From NCBI GenBank assembly GCA_963827275.1, contig CAWHAA010000005.1, positions 640,001-704,000 on the forward strand: a stretch of DNA of 64,000 bases. Direction: 5' to 3'. The notes beneath the pieces were generated by a model. It searched no databases. It saw only the letters and a list, made by a program, of their open reading frames with translations, and was not told the origin of the DNA. Shown in pieces: positions 1 through 11,948 of the stretch. The translations under genes were made by a program, and so were the position numbers. The stretch's first letter is position 1. The number at the start of each line of letters is the position of its first letter. Source of the DNA: an uncultured Spirochaetota bacterium (GTDB lineage Bacteria > Spirochaetota > UBA4802 > UBA5550).

Positions 1-222
1 CCGGGCCATATCAGGTCCGTATTCATCGGGGCGGCACCAGCGGCGGGTGACGTTTCCGGCCTTCACCAGCTTGGCGCGGGCCTTGTCGAGCAGTGTTTTA
101 AGCTCTTCGGGAGAGAGGTAGCCGGCGCTTTTCACGCGCAATAATTCCAGCACGTCATCGTTCGTGATTACACGCTCGGGGAGATAGGTCCCCAGGCCTA
201 TTATTTTCGTAGCCGGTGTCAT
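1..222 (-). CDS. FabH-like 3-oxoacyl-ACP synthase III family protein, 5' part only (runs off window, apparent frameshift near 60)
   Basis: Manual translation from ATG at 222: MTPATKIIGLGTYLPERVITNDDVLELL, a typical KAS III N-terminus. A GNVTRRWC-like segment continues in another frame. GGAG upstream. Confidence 0.65.
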   Translation of the reverse strand, partial: MTPATKIIGLGTYLPERVITNDDVLELLRVKSAGYLSPEELKTLLDKARAKLVKAGNVTRRWCRPDEYGPDMAR

Positions 223-386
223 TGTCGCTCAAGCTCCATGGACGGCATGGCGGGAATAACGGCGAATGAGGGCATTCACCCGGGCGCGACCGCGCCGATA
301 ACCGCAGGCCTGTCAAACGTTGTGAATTTCCGGATATTGAAAAATCAGGGTGAAAAATGTCAATAAAAATTACCGCACAACCGGGT

Positions 387-2621
387 TTATTTTCCTCCCG
401 GGGTGATATACATAGTGTATATGCCGCGTAGATTGTGAAAGCCGAAGGTGCCGGCGCGGTCCCTGTCGCCATAATAAAATTCCGAGTTTGGGTCCGTCGA
501 ATAGGCATAGTTCATGAAAACGAGGGATTCCTCTATGCCGAAAAGCCCCGCAAGCGACGTGGCCTCCACCGGCTTCAGGGCCGCCCCCAGCGATCCGCGA
601 AAGAGGGTGTCCGAGCCCCCGTCGAGCGGGAGGTCGTCGAGAACCGCGTCGGCGCCCGGGACGGTAAAGCGGCCGCGATGCAGGTTGCCCCACGTCCAGT
701 CGTTAATGTCCGGGCCCAGGCTCCGGTTGAAAAAACGCATGGTGTTGAGGAAGGCGCGGTCAAAAATGGCGTCCCGGTGCTCGACCTTGTAGGTGGAACT
801 GTCGTCAAAGGCGGACGATTTATTCTCCTTGATGAGCGTGAAAAACCCCGGCGCCAGCAGGTCCCAGTGCGCCAGGACGCCGTCGGTCCGGTCCCGCAGC
901 TCGTCGGCGAAGGTCTCGTACATGAACCGCTGCAGCAGGATGTGGAAAATCGACGGGCCGTTGAAATCAGACTTCAGCTGGTATTTCCAGTTCTGGAAAT
1001 AGACGCGCGTCAGCCGCGTCGACGCCATCGGGTTGTCACCCAGGGTCACGAGGAACTCGGGGAGGAACATGCGGGCGATGGTAGAGCTCCTGTCCATCAG
1101 CACGTTCATGACATCCTCGTTGGTGAAGCGCTTTTTTTTGTCCAGCATCTTCGCAAGGCGCAGGTGGCGCAATTCATTGGGCAGCGCCCTTTCCCGCGCC
1201 GGGAGAGGCGCGTCTGAAACGAACGAGCTGCCTGCTGTCCGCGCCCCCCCGCCGCCGGCCGCGTCAGGCAGAAGGGAGAGGTCCATCAGTACCGCCCGGG
1301 CCGGGTCATGGCCGCTCAGCAGCATGGCGTCGGTCTTCTTCCCAACCGGCACCATGCCGGACCACGCTCTGCGCGCCTCCATGTCCGAGGAGAAGAGGTA
1401 CACCCGGGGGAGCGACACCACCCCCCTGACGCGGGCCCCCGCCTCCGCGATCGTCCGTGAAAGGGGCACCTCGAACAGGGACGCGACATACTCGGGACCG
1501 AAAAAAACCGAGCGCACCGTGACCACCGACGAGCCGTACTCGGGCGCGTCGAAGATGTCGTTGAGCACCGGCCCGTTCTCGGTGGCGTGGACCGGCGCCC
1601 CGCCGTCCCCGCCGGGCACAATTTCAAAATCGCGCCAGCCCGCCGCGCCGAGGTACTGGTATGTCGCGCCGGTCCTGATGATCGTCTCCGCGACAAGGTC
1701 CTGCGCGTCGATGTTCGCCGAAAATCCGTAGAAGGAGAGGTCAAGGTTGTTTCCCGCGAAGATGAAGGGGAGCCCCGCGTGAGTGATCCCCTTGATGATG
1801 CGGCCGCCGCAGTGAACATGCACCGGGTACCAGCCCGGATATACCGAGAGCATGTCCTCGAAGCTGTAGGCGGTCACCGGGTAGTTGTCCCTGATCTTCT
1901 GCGCCGGCAGGTAGAAGGCGTAGCCGCGGTCAAAGATCCCCGCGTGGTTCCGGACGAGCTCCTGCGCCTTCCTGACCGCCTCGACGCTGTCCGACTCGCT
2001 TTCGTCGTAGTAGTGGATGAGGCCTTCCGGGATGATGTCTCTGATGCCGCCGACGGCGGACCCGCGCTCGAACGCGAAGAGCGCCTCCCTGTTGTTGAGG
2101 AAGGCGTTGCACCATTCCCGAAGCGCCAGCACGGCAAGTATGTCCGCGGCATCCCAGTCGCGCGGCACCGCATCGGAAAGCTTCAGGCGCCGGCGCGCCT
2201 CGTTCACGCCGCGCGCGTACTCCCCGAGGTAGCCGGCATAGGGCTCTCTGACCCGTCCCGCGAGGTCGCGCGCCCTGCGCGCGAAGCCGACAGCCCGCGA
2301 CAGGCGGTCAAGCGCCCGCCCCTCCTTCCCGAGGATGCCGGCCGAAGACCCTGCCGCCATCGCCCTGAAATATTCCATCATGGCATAGCGGTCCTGGGCA
2401 TGCAAAAAGCCGAGGCCGAAATACGCGTCTTCGAAGCCCTTCGCAGTGATGACGGGGGTCCCGCTGCTGTCGCGCTCGAGCATGACCCTGTCCCTGACGC
2501 CCGCGGCAAAGGAGCCGCTATAGGAGATCCTGCCGGAATAATGGATGAATGAAAGCACGCCGGCAACGCAGGCCGCCGCCGCTGCGAGGGATATTCCGGC
2601 GATGACGATTTTTTTCTTCAT
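387..2621 (-). CDS. Penicillin acylase (Ntn-hydrolase, peptidase S45)-like protein with N-terminal membrane anchor; catalytic motifs degenerate
   Basis: RDSSGTPVITA..DAYFGLGFLHAQDR, TENGPVL and WTWGNLHR motifs of the family; MKKKIVIAG signal/anchor. No SNNW or NDPH motif. Confidence 0.8.
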   Translation of the reverse strand: MKKKIVIAGISLAAAAACVAGVLSFIHYSGRISYSGSFAAGVRDRVMLERDSSGTPVITAKGFEDAYFGLGFLHAQDRYAMMEYFRAMAAGSSAGILGKEGRALDRLSRAVGFARRARDLAGRVREPYAGYLGEYARGVNEARRRLKLSDAVPRDWDAADILAVLALREWCNAFLNNREALFAFERGSAVGGIRDIIPEGLIHYYDESESDSVEAVRKAQELVRNHAGIFDRGYAFYLPAQKIRDNYPVTAYSFEDMLSVYPGWYPVHVHCGGRIIKGITHAGLPFIFAGNNLDLSFYGFSANIDAQDLVAETIIRTGATYQYLGAAGWRDFEIVPGGDGGAPVHATENGPVLNDIFDAPEYGSSVVTVRSVFFGPEYVASLFEVPLSRTIAEAGARVRGVVSLPRVYLFSSDMEARRAWSGMVPVGKKTDAMLLSGHDPARAVLMDLSLLPDAAGGGGARTAGSSFVSDAPLPARERALPNELRHLRLAKMLDKKKRFTNEDVMNVLMDRSSTIARMFLPEFLVTLGDNPMASTRLTRVYFQNWKYQLKSDFNGPSIFHILLQRFMYETFADELRDRTDGVLAHWDLLAPGFFTLIKENKSSAFDDSSTYKVEHRDAIFDRAFLNTMRFFNRSLGPDINDWTWGNLHRGRFTVPGADAVLDDLPLDGGSDTLFRGSLGAALKPVEATSLAGLFGIEESLVFMNYAYSTDPNSEFYYGDRDRAGTFGFHNLRGIYTMYITPGGK

Positions 2622-2665
2622 GGTGTAACGCTGCGGCCCGTGCCGGGGGGCCATCACGCCGGCGG

Positions 2666-3091
2666 TCACCGGGGCGTAATGGTCGCCTTGACGACCTCAA
2701 GCCTGGTATAGTAGTCATCGATGAGAGAGAAGAACCTGCCGAAATCGCCGACCGCGTTGATCCTGGATTTCGCCTTGACCAGCCCGGCAACGGTCTTCAC
2801 GTCCTTCGAGTATATATGGCATTCCACGAGGCCCTTCTTCGTCAGCACGTCCGCGATCACGCAGAAATCATAGTCGATATTGGTTGAAACAACCACGTCC
2901 TTCACGGTCAGGCCGTAGAGGTGCACCTCGCGCTTCCCGAGCTCCTCGTTGATCAGGAACTTCATGGCCGGGTTGTCGGCCAGCTCCATCCTCGCCTTCT
3001 CCTCGACCACGCTTTCGATCAAAATAGGCTCCTTGACACACGAGGTAAGGGCGATAACGCCGATCAGCAGTGATAACAGCCACTTCTTCAT
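2666..3091 (-). CDS. Hypothetical lipoprotein
   Basis: MKKWLLSLLIGVIALTSC signal peptide with lipobox; GGAG RBS. Confidence 0.7.
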   Translation of the reverse strand: MKKWLLSLLIGVIALTSCVKEPILIESVVEEKARMELADNPAMKFLINEELGKREVHLYGLTVKDVVVSTNIDYDFCVIADVLTKKGLVECHIYSKDVKTVAGLVKAKSRINAVGDFGRFFSLIDDYYTRLEVVKATITPR

Positions 3092-3227
3092 CTTGGAACT
3101 CCTGCAGTGGGATTGGCCGGCGCGCGCTGCTCCCCGGCGCCGGAAGGGCGCCGGACGGTCTGCCGGCCACGATCGATATTCGTATTAATTCGGGTTTTTT
3201 GTCAAATACATATTTCCCCCCCGCGGG

Positions 3228-5336
3228 TCACGCGGGGCCGAACCGCTTGACCATCACGATAATGTTGCCGCTATCGTTGAAGGTGACTTCGTCAAACGCG
3301 TGCCTGATCATGAGCAGGCCCCGGCCGTGCATGAGCAGGCTGTTGTCGGGGCCCGCCGGGTCCCCGGAGAGCATGGCCCGGTGGTCAAAGCCGTTCCCCT
3401 CGTCGGCCACCAGGTAGGTCACGTGGTCCGCGTCGAGCGAGCATTCAACGTGCACCTTCCTCCCGCTGAAGGCCGGGTCCTTCTGGCGTTTTTTCACGAG
3501 ATCAAAATACCCGCCGGAGAGCTGCGACGCCGTCTTCTCCTCGAAGCTGAGGCCGAGGTTGCCGTGCTCGATGGCGTTGATGATCGCCTCGCGGAGCGCG
3601 ATCCTGATGTCGGATATCGGCCCCGGGTCCATGTAGCGTCCCAGGTTCCGCACCATGCGCTGGCTCATGAGCTCGGCGTTGCCGATATAGTTGTTGATGT
3701 CATACTCGTACCGTTCGGTCGCCAGGAAGGGCGTGAGCGCGTCATCGATAACCGGGGAGGCCTTCCCGAGGATGACGTACCCGGGGTTCCCCTCCTTCTT
3801 GTATTCCAGGGTCACCAGCATCTCCTTCGGCTCATGGCTGTATTTATCGTTCAGGGTCGAGAGGAACTGGACGCTCCCCTTCTTTTTTTTCTTGAGCGCC
3901 GTTATGTATTCCAGCACGATCTGCTGGTTGATGTTGAAGCGGTTTTCCTCGATATTGCTGAAAAGGTCGGGAAAGTTCGCGTCCAGGACCTCGTCCGGCT
4001 TGTACCCGAGATGGTACCGCACCGACCTGTTCATGCTGTGGATATTGTTTTTATCATCGAGCGTGAAGATAATATCGTCGGTGCTTTCCACGAGGTGCCG
4101 GTACCTGACCTCACCGCGGAGGATCATGCTCTTCATGCTGTTGATCTTGTCCGCCATGGCAAACGAGAGCATGACGATCGCCGTTGACGAAGCGATCGGC
4201 AGCGCCCAGCGGGCGACAAAGCCGGAATGGATGACCCCCAGTATGCTGAGAATCACGACCGGGACAGAGAGCGCGAAGAGCGAAAAGGCCAGCAGCGCGA
4301 ACCTGGCCTGGCGCGCTACCGGCGCCGGCCGGTCAATGAAACCGAGGTATATCCCGAACAGCACAAACCCGAGCGTCGCGACAACGGCGTCGAAATACAT
4401 GAGGAGCAGGCTTGTCCTGGCATCGATAACGACCGAAAGCGCCATGACCAGCAGTGACGATGCCACTATGAAGAGCAGGAACAGCAGGAACCTCCTGTAA
4501 TAGCGATGGTCTTTTTCAAACTGCGCGAAATCGAACATGAAGAGGCTGAGGCTTATGATCGTCATGCCGCCGACCATCGGGTTCACGAGCCGCTGCAGCC
4601 ATATCGAGCCGGGCCAGAGGTACTGGAACGCGAAGCCCTTGAAGGCGAACTCCAGCAGTCCGTACGTCATGATAAAGCAGGCGAGATAGAAATGCCCGAT
4701 CATACGGGAGGAGATGAAAAACATGAAATTATAGAGCGCCATGGCCAGGAGAAGGCCGAAAAACAGCCAGTATGCGGGGAGTTCCCCCCTCATGCGGTCC
4801 ACGTAGGCGTCCCGGGTAAGCATGTTGAGATGAAATCCCATGGAGCTGAGCGACGTGACCCGGAGGTAGCAGGTCATGGGGCCCGGCTTCTGGGTCACCG
4901 GGAAGAGGAAGGTCGTGTCCTTGATCTCCCGGTGATGAAACGGCAGGGTATCGCCGCCCCTCTTCACGGTATAGCCGCCCGACGCGCCCGGCACATACAG
5001 CTCCATCATGTCAATGGTCGGGGAATCGACCTCGCAGAGCCAGGGGAACGTTCTTCCCGTCCTGTTGTCCACGGTGAACCGGAACCAGATCCGGGCGGTG
5101 GTGTGGCCGAAGTTCACATAGCCCGACCGGTGCCTGGTCCATGCATGCGGTCCGCCGCCCATGACATCGGCCGGCGCAAGGCTGTTGCGGACGTCCCTGA
5201 GATACTCGATATCGCCGCTGATATTCCTGATGGTCAGGGCATCGTCGAGGATTATCGCCGGGGCCGCCGACGAGGCCATGGCCCGGCCCGCGGGCAGGAG
5301 CAGCATAGCTGTCAATATCAACGCGCGCGTTTTCAT
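3228..5336 (-). CDS. 7TM-DISM sensor with PAS and C-terminal RsbW-like HATPase (anti-sigma/Ser kinase) domain
   Basis: DISMED2-like extracellular region (VNFGHTTARIWFRF, GDTLPFHHRE), 7 TM helices, YRHLVESTDDIIF PAS, EAIINAIEHGNL / DEGNGFD / HGRGLLMI motifs. Confidence 0.85.
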   Translation of the reverse strand: MKTRALILTAMLLLPAGRAMASSAAPAIILDDALTIRNISGDIEYLRDVRNSLAPADVMGGGPHAWTRHRSGYVNFGHTTARIWFRFTVDNRTGRTFPWLCEVDSPTIDMMELYVPGASGGYTVKRGGDTLPFHHREIKDTTFLFPVTQKPGPMTCYLRVTSLSSMGFHLNMLTRDAYVDRMRGELPAYWLFFGLLLAMALYNFMFFISSRMIGHFYLACFIMTYGLLEFAFKGFAFQYLWPGSIWLQRLVNPMVGGMTIISLSLFMFDFAQFEKDHRYYRRFLLFLLFIVASSLLVMALSVVIDARTSLLLMYFDAVVATLGFVLFGIYLGFIDRPAPVARQARFALLAFSLFALSVPVVILSILGVIHSGFVARWALPIASSTAIVMLSFAMADKINSMKSMILRGEVRYRHLVESTDDIIFTLDDKNNIHSMNRSVRYHLGYKPDEVLDANFPDLFSNIEENRFNINQQIVLEYITALKKKKKGSVQFLSTLNDKYSHEPKEMLVTLEYKKEGNPGYVILGKASPVIDDALTPFLATERYEYDINNYIGNAELMSQRMVRNLGRYMDPGPISDIRIALREAIINAIEHGNLGLSFEEKTASQLSGGYFDLVKKRQKDPAFSGRKVHVECSLDADHVTYLVADEGNGFDHRAMLSGDPAGPDNSLLMHGRGLLMIRHAFDEVTFNDSGNIIVMVKRFGPA

Positions 5337-5406
5337 GTATGGCGGAAATACTAGCATATCAGCCGGAGTTTGTCAATACAAAGAGGATTGCGGGACGGGG
5401 TACGCG

Positions 5407-5601
5407 TTATTTCGAACAGCGCACAAACCGCGCGACCGACCGGTCATAGGTCCGCTCGACCTCGTCGGGGAAAAAGCAGGCGGGGAGCTCGTTGGCCCTT
5501 CTGTGGTACTGGACGCACTCGCAGCACCGCCCCTTCCTGCTGCACGGCTCGTAGGTGCAGTTGCAGAAGGAGCTGTTTTTTTGCAGATTGTCACACGCCA
5601 T
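5407..5601 (-). CDS. Small Cys-rich protein (DUF6485-like)
   Basis: [28 protein letters not shown] pattern; GGAGG RBS upstream. Confidence 0.75.
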   Translation of the reverse strand: MACDNLQKNSSFCNCTYEPCSRKGRCCECVQYHRRANELPACFFPDEVERTYDRSVARFVRCSK

Positions 5602-5637
5602 ATGGCGCCTCCTGTGGGTACGGTGCCGCGGAACGGC

Positions 5638-6456
5638 CTATATCACGATGAGGAACCTGCCGCAGTGGTTGCACACGGCGATCTCCTTCGATTCCTTGAT
5701 CTGCGCCATGTAGTAGGGCGCCAGGTCCATGTGGCAGCCCGAGCAGCTGTTCTTCTCGAGTATGGCGAAGGGGCTGAGGTTCCTCTTCCTCATCTTTTCG
5801 TAGTAGGCCAGGGACTTGCGGTCCACTATTTTTCTCAGCTCCTCGATCTTGTTTTTAATCTTGTCCGACGCCTCACCCTCGTCGATGAGCTGGTTCAGCC
5901 GGTCAAGGCGGACCAGAAGGTCGAGGTTGTACGACGGGATACCGCCAAGCCCGTCGGTGTGCGCCTTCTTGGGGCTGCTCTTGTCCGAGAGGCTTGCGAA
6001 GTAGAGATCGGCGTTTTTTTTGAGCGCGCTGTACGCCTGGACCCTGGTCTTCGCGCCGTCCAGCGACTTTTTCCTCTCCTCGTCCGCAAAAATCCACGAC
6101 ACCATCCCCACCAGGTAGAGGTACTTGGTGCCCATCTCCGTGGGGACGATGTTCAGCAGCAGGTAGCGGACCGGGAGGTTGTCGTACGAATGGTACTCGA
6201 TGTCCTCCTTCGAGATGGCGAAGATGGAGACCAGTTCCTTCACCGAGTCGGTCCGGATGTGGGGTATGGCGAGTCCCCGCCCGATGCCGGTGTTCTCCAG
6301 GGATTCACGGTGCATTATCTGCGCGTAATACCTGCCGGCATCGTCGATCTTTTTCAATTCCTCGAGCTTGGTCAGCAATTCCTTTATCACGAGCTGTTTT
6401 TCAGCGGTTTTGGTGTACACCAGTTGATCTTTGGGGATAAAGCTTTCTATATTCAT
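5638..6456 (-). CDS. PTS EIIA type-2 domain fused to coiled coil and C4 zinc ribbon
   Basis: RESLENTGIGRGLAIPH (EIIA phospho-His motif); C-terminal CSGC..CNHCGRFL. Confidence 0.85.
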   Translation of the reverse strand: MNIESFIPKDQLVYTKTAEKQLVIKELLTKLEELKKIDDAGRYYAQIMHRESLENTGIGRGLAIPHIRTDSVKELVSIFAISKEDIEYHSYDNLPVRYLLLNIVPTEMGTKYLYLVGMVSWIFADEERKKSLDGAKTRVQAYSALKKNADLYFASLSDKSSPKKAHTDGLGGIPSYNLDLLVRLDRLNQLIDEGEASDKIKNKIEELRKIVDRKSLAYYEKMRKRNLSPFAILEKNSCSGCHMDLAPYYMAQIKESKEIAVCNHCGRFLIVI

Positions 6457-6628
6457 CGTGGCCCTCTGTTAATCATGCAAGAATCAGCATAAATCATGTA
6501 TCACATCTACCCCGCGGGCAAATCTGTCAATAAAACATAATAATACGGCAAAAAAAATTTACTTGAAAAACTCTACAATCTTTGAATAATGACTTGCCAT
6601 ATACCACCCGGAACAGAAATTATACGGC

Positions 6629-6994
6629 ATGGCACGAAACGTAAAATCAGCGGAAGACAACATCGTCAACAGCATCATCGGCGAGGGCTCCAATTTCAAG
6701 GGAGAATTCAACATCAACGGCCTGTTGCGGATCGACGGGCACTTCCAGGGCACCATTGAAACCGAGGGCAAGGTCCTCATCGGCCAGACGGGCGAGGCGA
6801 TCACCGACATCAAGGCGCGCATGGTGGTGGTGGGCGGCATGGTGCGCGGCAACATCTTCGCCACCGAGAAGGTCATTTTTCTTTCCACGGGGGTCATCAA
6901 CGGCAACATCATCACGCCGAGCCTCTTCATGGAAGAGGGCGTGAAGTTCGAGGGCAGCTGCACCATCAATAAACGACCGGACGAACTGCAATGA
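6629..6994 (+). CDS. Bactofilin (polymer-forming cytoskeletal protein)
   Basis: SIIGEGSNFKG..LRIDGHFQGTI..VGGMVRGNI..EEGVKFEGSC. Confidence 0.9.
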   Translation: MARNVKSAEDNIVNSIIGEGSNFKGEFNINGLLRIDGHFQGTIETEGKVLIGQTGEAITDIKARMVVVGGMVRGNIFATEKVIFLSTGVINGNIITPSLFMEEGVKFEGSCTINKRPDELQ

Positions 6995-7437
6995 TAGAAA
7001 TAACCGGCGCGCGGACACGAAAGGACGAGAAGGAAAAGATCACGAAGAAATCCAGGCTCTCCTCTGTCAAGCACGGCGGCAAGACCTTCTCCGCAGAGCT
7101 CCACAAGACCATGGCCATGGAGTTCGAGGGCACCATCGACGAGCTCCTGGAGAGCCTCAGGGACCAGGAGAAGCAGTTCCTGGACAAGCAGACCGAATAC
7201 GAGATGAACCGCTACAAGGCGATCGTCCAGAAGATCCTCAAGTCGATACTCGCCGAGGCCCTCAAGGAAAAGACGATGAAGCCCAAGAAAAAGAACTGGG
7301 GCGACTACGTCATCATCGAAAAGATCAACGAGAAGCTGCTTGACATCACCGGCGCGATCACCCGCGGCAACAAGGCCTTCGACCTGCTGAAGACCGTCGA
7401 GGAGATACGCGGCCTGGTACTTGACCTGCTGTACTGA
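6991..7437 (+). CDS. YaaR/DUF327 family protein
   Basis: YKAIVQKIL and C-terminal EIRGLVLDL; ATGA overlap with bactofilin; upstream of holB. Confidence 0.8.
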   Translation: MIEITGARTRKDEKEKITKKSRLSSVKHGGKTFSAELHKTMAMEFEGTIDELLESLRDQEKQFLDKQTEYEMNRYKAIVQKILKSILAEALKEKTMKPKKKNWGDYVIIEKINEKLLDITGAITRGNKAFDLLKTVEEIRGLVLDLLY

Positions 7438-7449
7438 GCACGCCGCCCG

Positions 7450-8445
7450 ATGAACACCGCCGGCATTATCGGTCATTCCCATCAGCTGAAGATACTGGAG
7501 GTCCTCCGGCGGAACGGCGACGTCCCGCAGACGATGCTCTTCTCGGGCCGGCAGGGGATCGGGAAGAAGCTCATCGCGCGGCGGCTGCTCGCCTCCCTCT
7601 TCTGCGAGGACGGCAACCCGCCCTGCATGACCTGCCCCTCCTGCGTCCAGGCGGCGGGCGGCACCTTTCCCGACATCATCGAGATCGGCCCCAACGAGAA
7701 GGGGACCATCCCGATCGGCGACGCGGGCGAACCGGGGAGCGTGCGCTGGCTCATCGACCGGCTCTCGAAAAAATCGATCTGGGGGACCTACGGCGTGCTG
7801 ATCGACGGGGCGGAGGCGATACGGGCCGAGGGGCAGAACGCCCTGCTCAAGACGATCGAGGAGCCGCAGGCGGGGGCGCACATCATCATCATCACCGCGA
7901 ACCGCTCGCTCATCCTGCCGACCATCCTCTCGCGCTGCATGAACCTCCCCTTCGCGCCCCTGGCGCCGCCGGAGGTGAAGGAGGCGCTCGCCGCCGCGGG
8001 GGCCGGCGCCGCGGACCCCGACCTCATCGCGGAGCTTGCCGGCGGCTCGCTGGAGACCGCGCTGCTCCTGTCGGACGGGAGCGTCCTCGAGGGGATCGCC
8101 GGCATCTGCGGGGAGATCTCGGCGTATCTCGCCCGCGGGGAGAGCCTGCGGCTCGACCTGGCCCCCCTCCAGAAGAAAATCGGCATGGACCAGCTCCTTT
8201 CGGTCCTGCTCACGATATACCGCGCCATCCTGGGAACCGCCATAGCCGGCGGCACGCCGCGGCCGTTCCTGGCCGGTTTCAGCGTGGAGGAGCGGGAAAA
8301 GTTGACCAAATTAATAAAAATTCTGCTTGCCCTCAGAAAAGGGCTCGCGAATAATTTAAATATCCGTAACGCGCTGAAGGGAATGCTCTATTCAATTGAC
8401 AGCATGGGCAGCATCGGCCTGCCGGAGCTTGACGGTACGGAGTAA
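7450..8445 (+). CDS. holB: DNA polymerase III delta' subunit
   Basis: LFSGRQGIGK, CMTCPSC zinc module, QNALLKTIEEP, LPTILSRC. Confidence 0.88.
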   Translation: MNTAGIIGHSHQLKILEVLRRNGDVPQTMLFSGRQGIGKKLIARRLLASLFCEDGNPPCMTCPSCVQAAGGTFPDIIEIGPNEKGTIPIGDAGEPGSVRWLIDRLSKKSIWGTYGVLIDGAEAIRAEGQNALLKTIEEPQAGAHIIIITANRSLILPTILSRCMNLPFAPLAPPEVKEALAAAGAGAADPDLIAELAGGSLETALLLSDGSVLEGIAGICGEISAYLARGESLRLDLAPLQKKIGMDQLLSVLLTIYRAILGTAIAGGTPRPFLAGFSVEEREKLTKLIKILLALRKGLANNLNIRNALKGMLYSIDSMGSIGLPELDGTE

Positions 8446-8455
8446 GGGAGCCTGA

Positions 8456-9324
8456 ATGGAAATATCAGCGGTAAAATTGCGCAACAGCTACCAGATAAAT
8501 TACGTCAACACCAACAACCTGTTCGTGAACCAGAACGCCCTGTGCGTGGTGGAGACCGAGCATGGCGTCGATATCGGCAACGTGTACAAGTGCCACAAGC
8601 ACCGCGAACGCGGAGGTCAAGGGCAAACTCCTGCGCCTGACCACCCCGGACGACCTGAAGCAGGTACCGGAGATCGAGGCGATCGAGAAGAGCGCGTTCG
8701 AGAAATGCCGGGAAAAGTCGAAGGCGAAGAACCTCGACATGAAGCTCATCTCGGTGAAGTGCCTGTTCGACCGCACGAAGATCATCTTCTACTTCGTGGC
8801 GGAGAACCGCATCGACTTCCGCGAGCTGGTGCGCGAGCTCGCCTCGATTTTCAGGACACGGATCGAGATGCGGCAGATCGGCGTGCAGGGACGAGGCGCG
8901 CCTCGTCGGCGGGTACGGGCCCTGCGGCAAGCAGCTCTGCTGCGTGCACCAGAGCGAGGAGTTCGAGCCCGTGTCGATCAAGATGGCGAAGGAGCAGAAC
9001 CTGAACCTGAACTCGCTCAAGATATCGGGGATGTGCGGCAGGCTCCTCTGCTGCCTGGGATACGAATACAAGCTCTACAAGGAGATAAACAAGGACATGC
9101 CCGATCCGGGAGCGCACATCCAGGCGGGCGAGAACACCTACGTCGTCACCGGCGTCGACACCCTCAAGGAATCGATCCGCATGAGGCACAAGGACCGCAA
9201 TGTCGAGATATTCAAATGCGACCTCGTGATCGAAGGCAACAAGTACTCACTGAAGCCCGAGGTCGTCACCAGGATCGAGACCGTCGAGGAAGATGTCCCG
9301 GAAGAGGATACGTATACTTTGTAA
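8456..9324 (+). CDS. PSP1/RicT (YaaT) family protein, split by two apparent single-base frameshifts (~8610, ~8888)
   Basis: Three frames join into FDRTKIIFYFVAENRIDFRELVRELA..RIEMRQIG..GPCGKQLCC..KMAKEQNL..KISGMCGRLLCCLGYE. Confidence 0.85.
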
Positions 9325-9326
9325 AC

Positions 9327-9465
9327 GCCTCACCCGCGCCGCCGCGCACGCTCTCCCGTTACGCCAGACCCGGATAAGGAGAGGGTTTCCGCGATAGCGC
9401 GCTTGAAACACGCCCCCTCGCCTTTTTTCAACCCTTGACGGGAGAGGGGGCCGGGGGGTGAGGGC
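9327..9465. repeat. Inverted pair of REP-like CCTCACCC..CTCTCCC..GGAGAGGG elements
   Basis: gcctcaccc...ctctccc...ggagaggg at 9327-9385 and the reverse-complement arrangement (cccctcgcc...gggagagggggccggggggtgagggc) ending at 9465. Confidence 0.5.
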
Positions 9466-9471
9466 AAATAA

Positions 9472-11423
<1,952 letters not shown>

Positions 11424-11426
11424 CGC

Positions 11427-11918
11427 ATGAAGATCGGCATCCTCTCCGACACGCATAACAACATCGAGCTGACGCAGAAGGCCGTCGATATATTCAGGGA
11501 GGCGAAGGCGGAGCTGGTCCTCCACGCGGGCGACATCACCTCGCCGAAGATGCTGGGGCTCTTCGCGGGGCTGAACGTCAGGTTCGCGCAGGGGAACGGC
11601 GACATCGACAGCGAGGCGCTGAACGCCGAGTCCGCCAGGCTCGGGTTCGGCCCGATCGAGGAGTGCACCGTCCTCACGGCCGACGGGAAAACAATCGTCC
11701 TCTTCCACGGCAACAATATCCCGCTCTTCCGCCAGTCGGTGGCCTCGGGCGAGTACGATTACGTCGTCAAGGGGCACACCCACATCTTCGAGAACTACCT
11801 GTCCGGGAACACCCGCGTCATCAACCCCGGCGCCCTCTACGGCGCGGAGGAGTTTTCCGTCGCCGTCCTCGACACCGCCACGGGAAAGGTCGAGCGGATA
11901 CGCGTGGAAGCGGACTGA
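11427..11918 (+). CDS. YfcE-family metallophosphoesterase
   Basis: SDTH, HAGD, GNGD, FHG, GHTH, INPG motifs. Confidence 0.9.
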   Translation: MKIGILSDTHNNIELTQKAVDIFREAKAELVLHAGDITSPKMLGLFAGLNVRFAQGNGDIDSEALNAESARLGFGPIEECTVLTADGKTIVLFHGNNIPLFRQSVASGEYDYVVKGHTHIFENYLSGNTRVINPGALYGAEEFSVAVLDTATGKVERIRVEAD

Positions 11919-11948
11919 GACCGCAGCTACTACGAGAGGTACCAGGCA

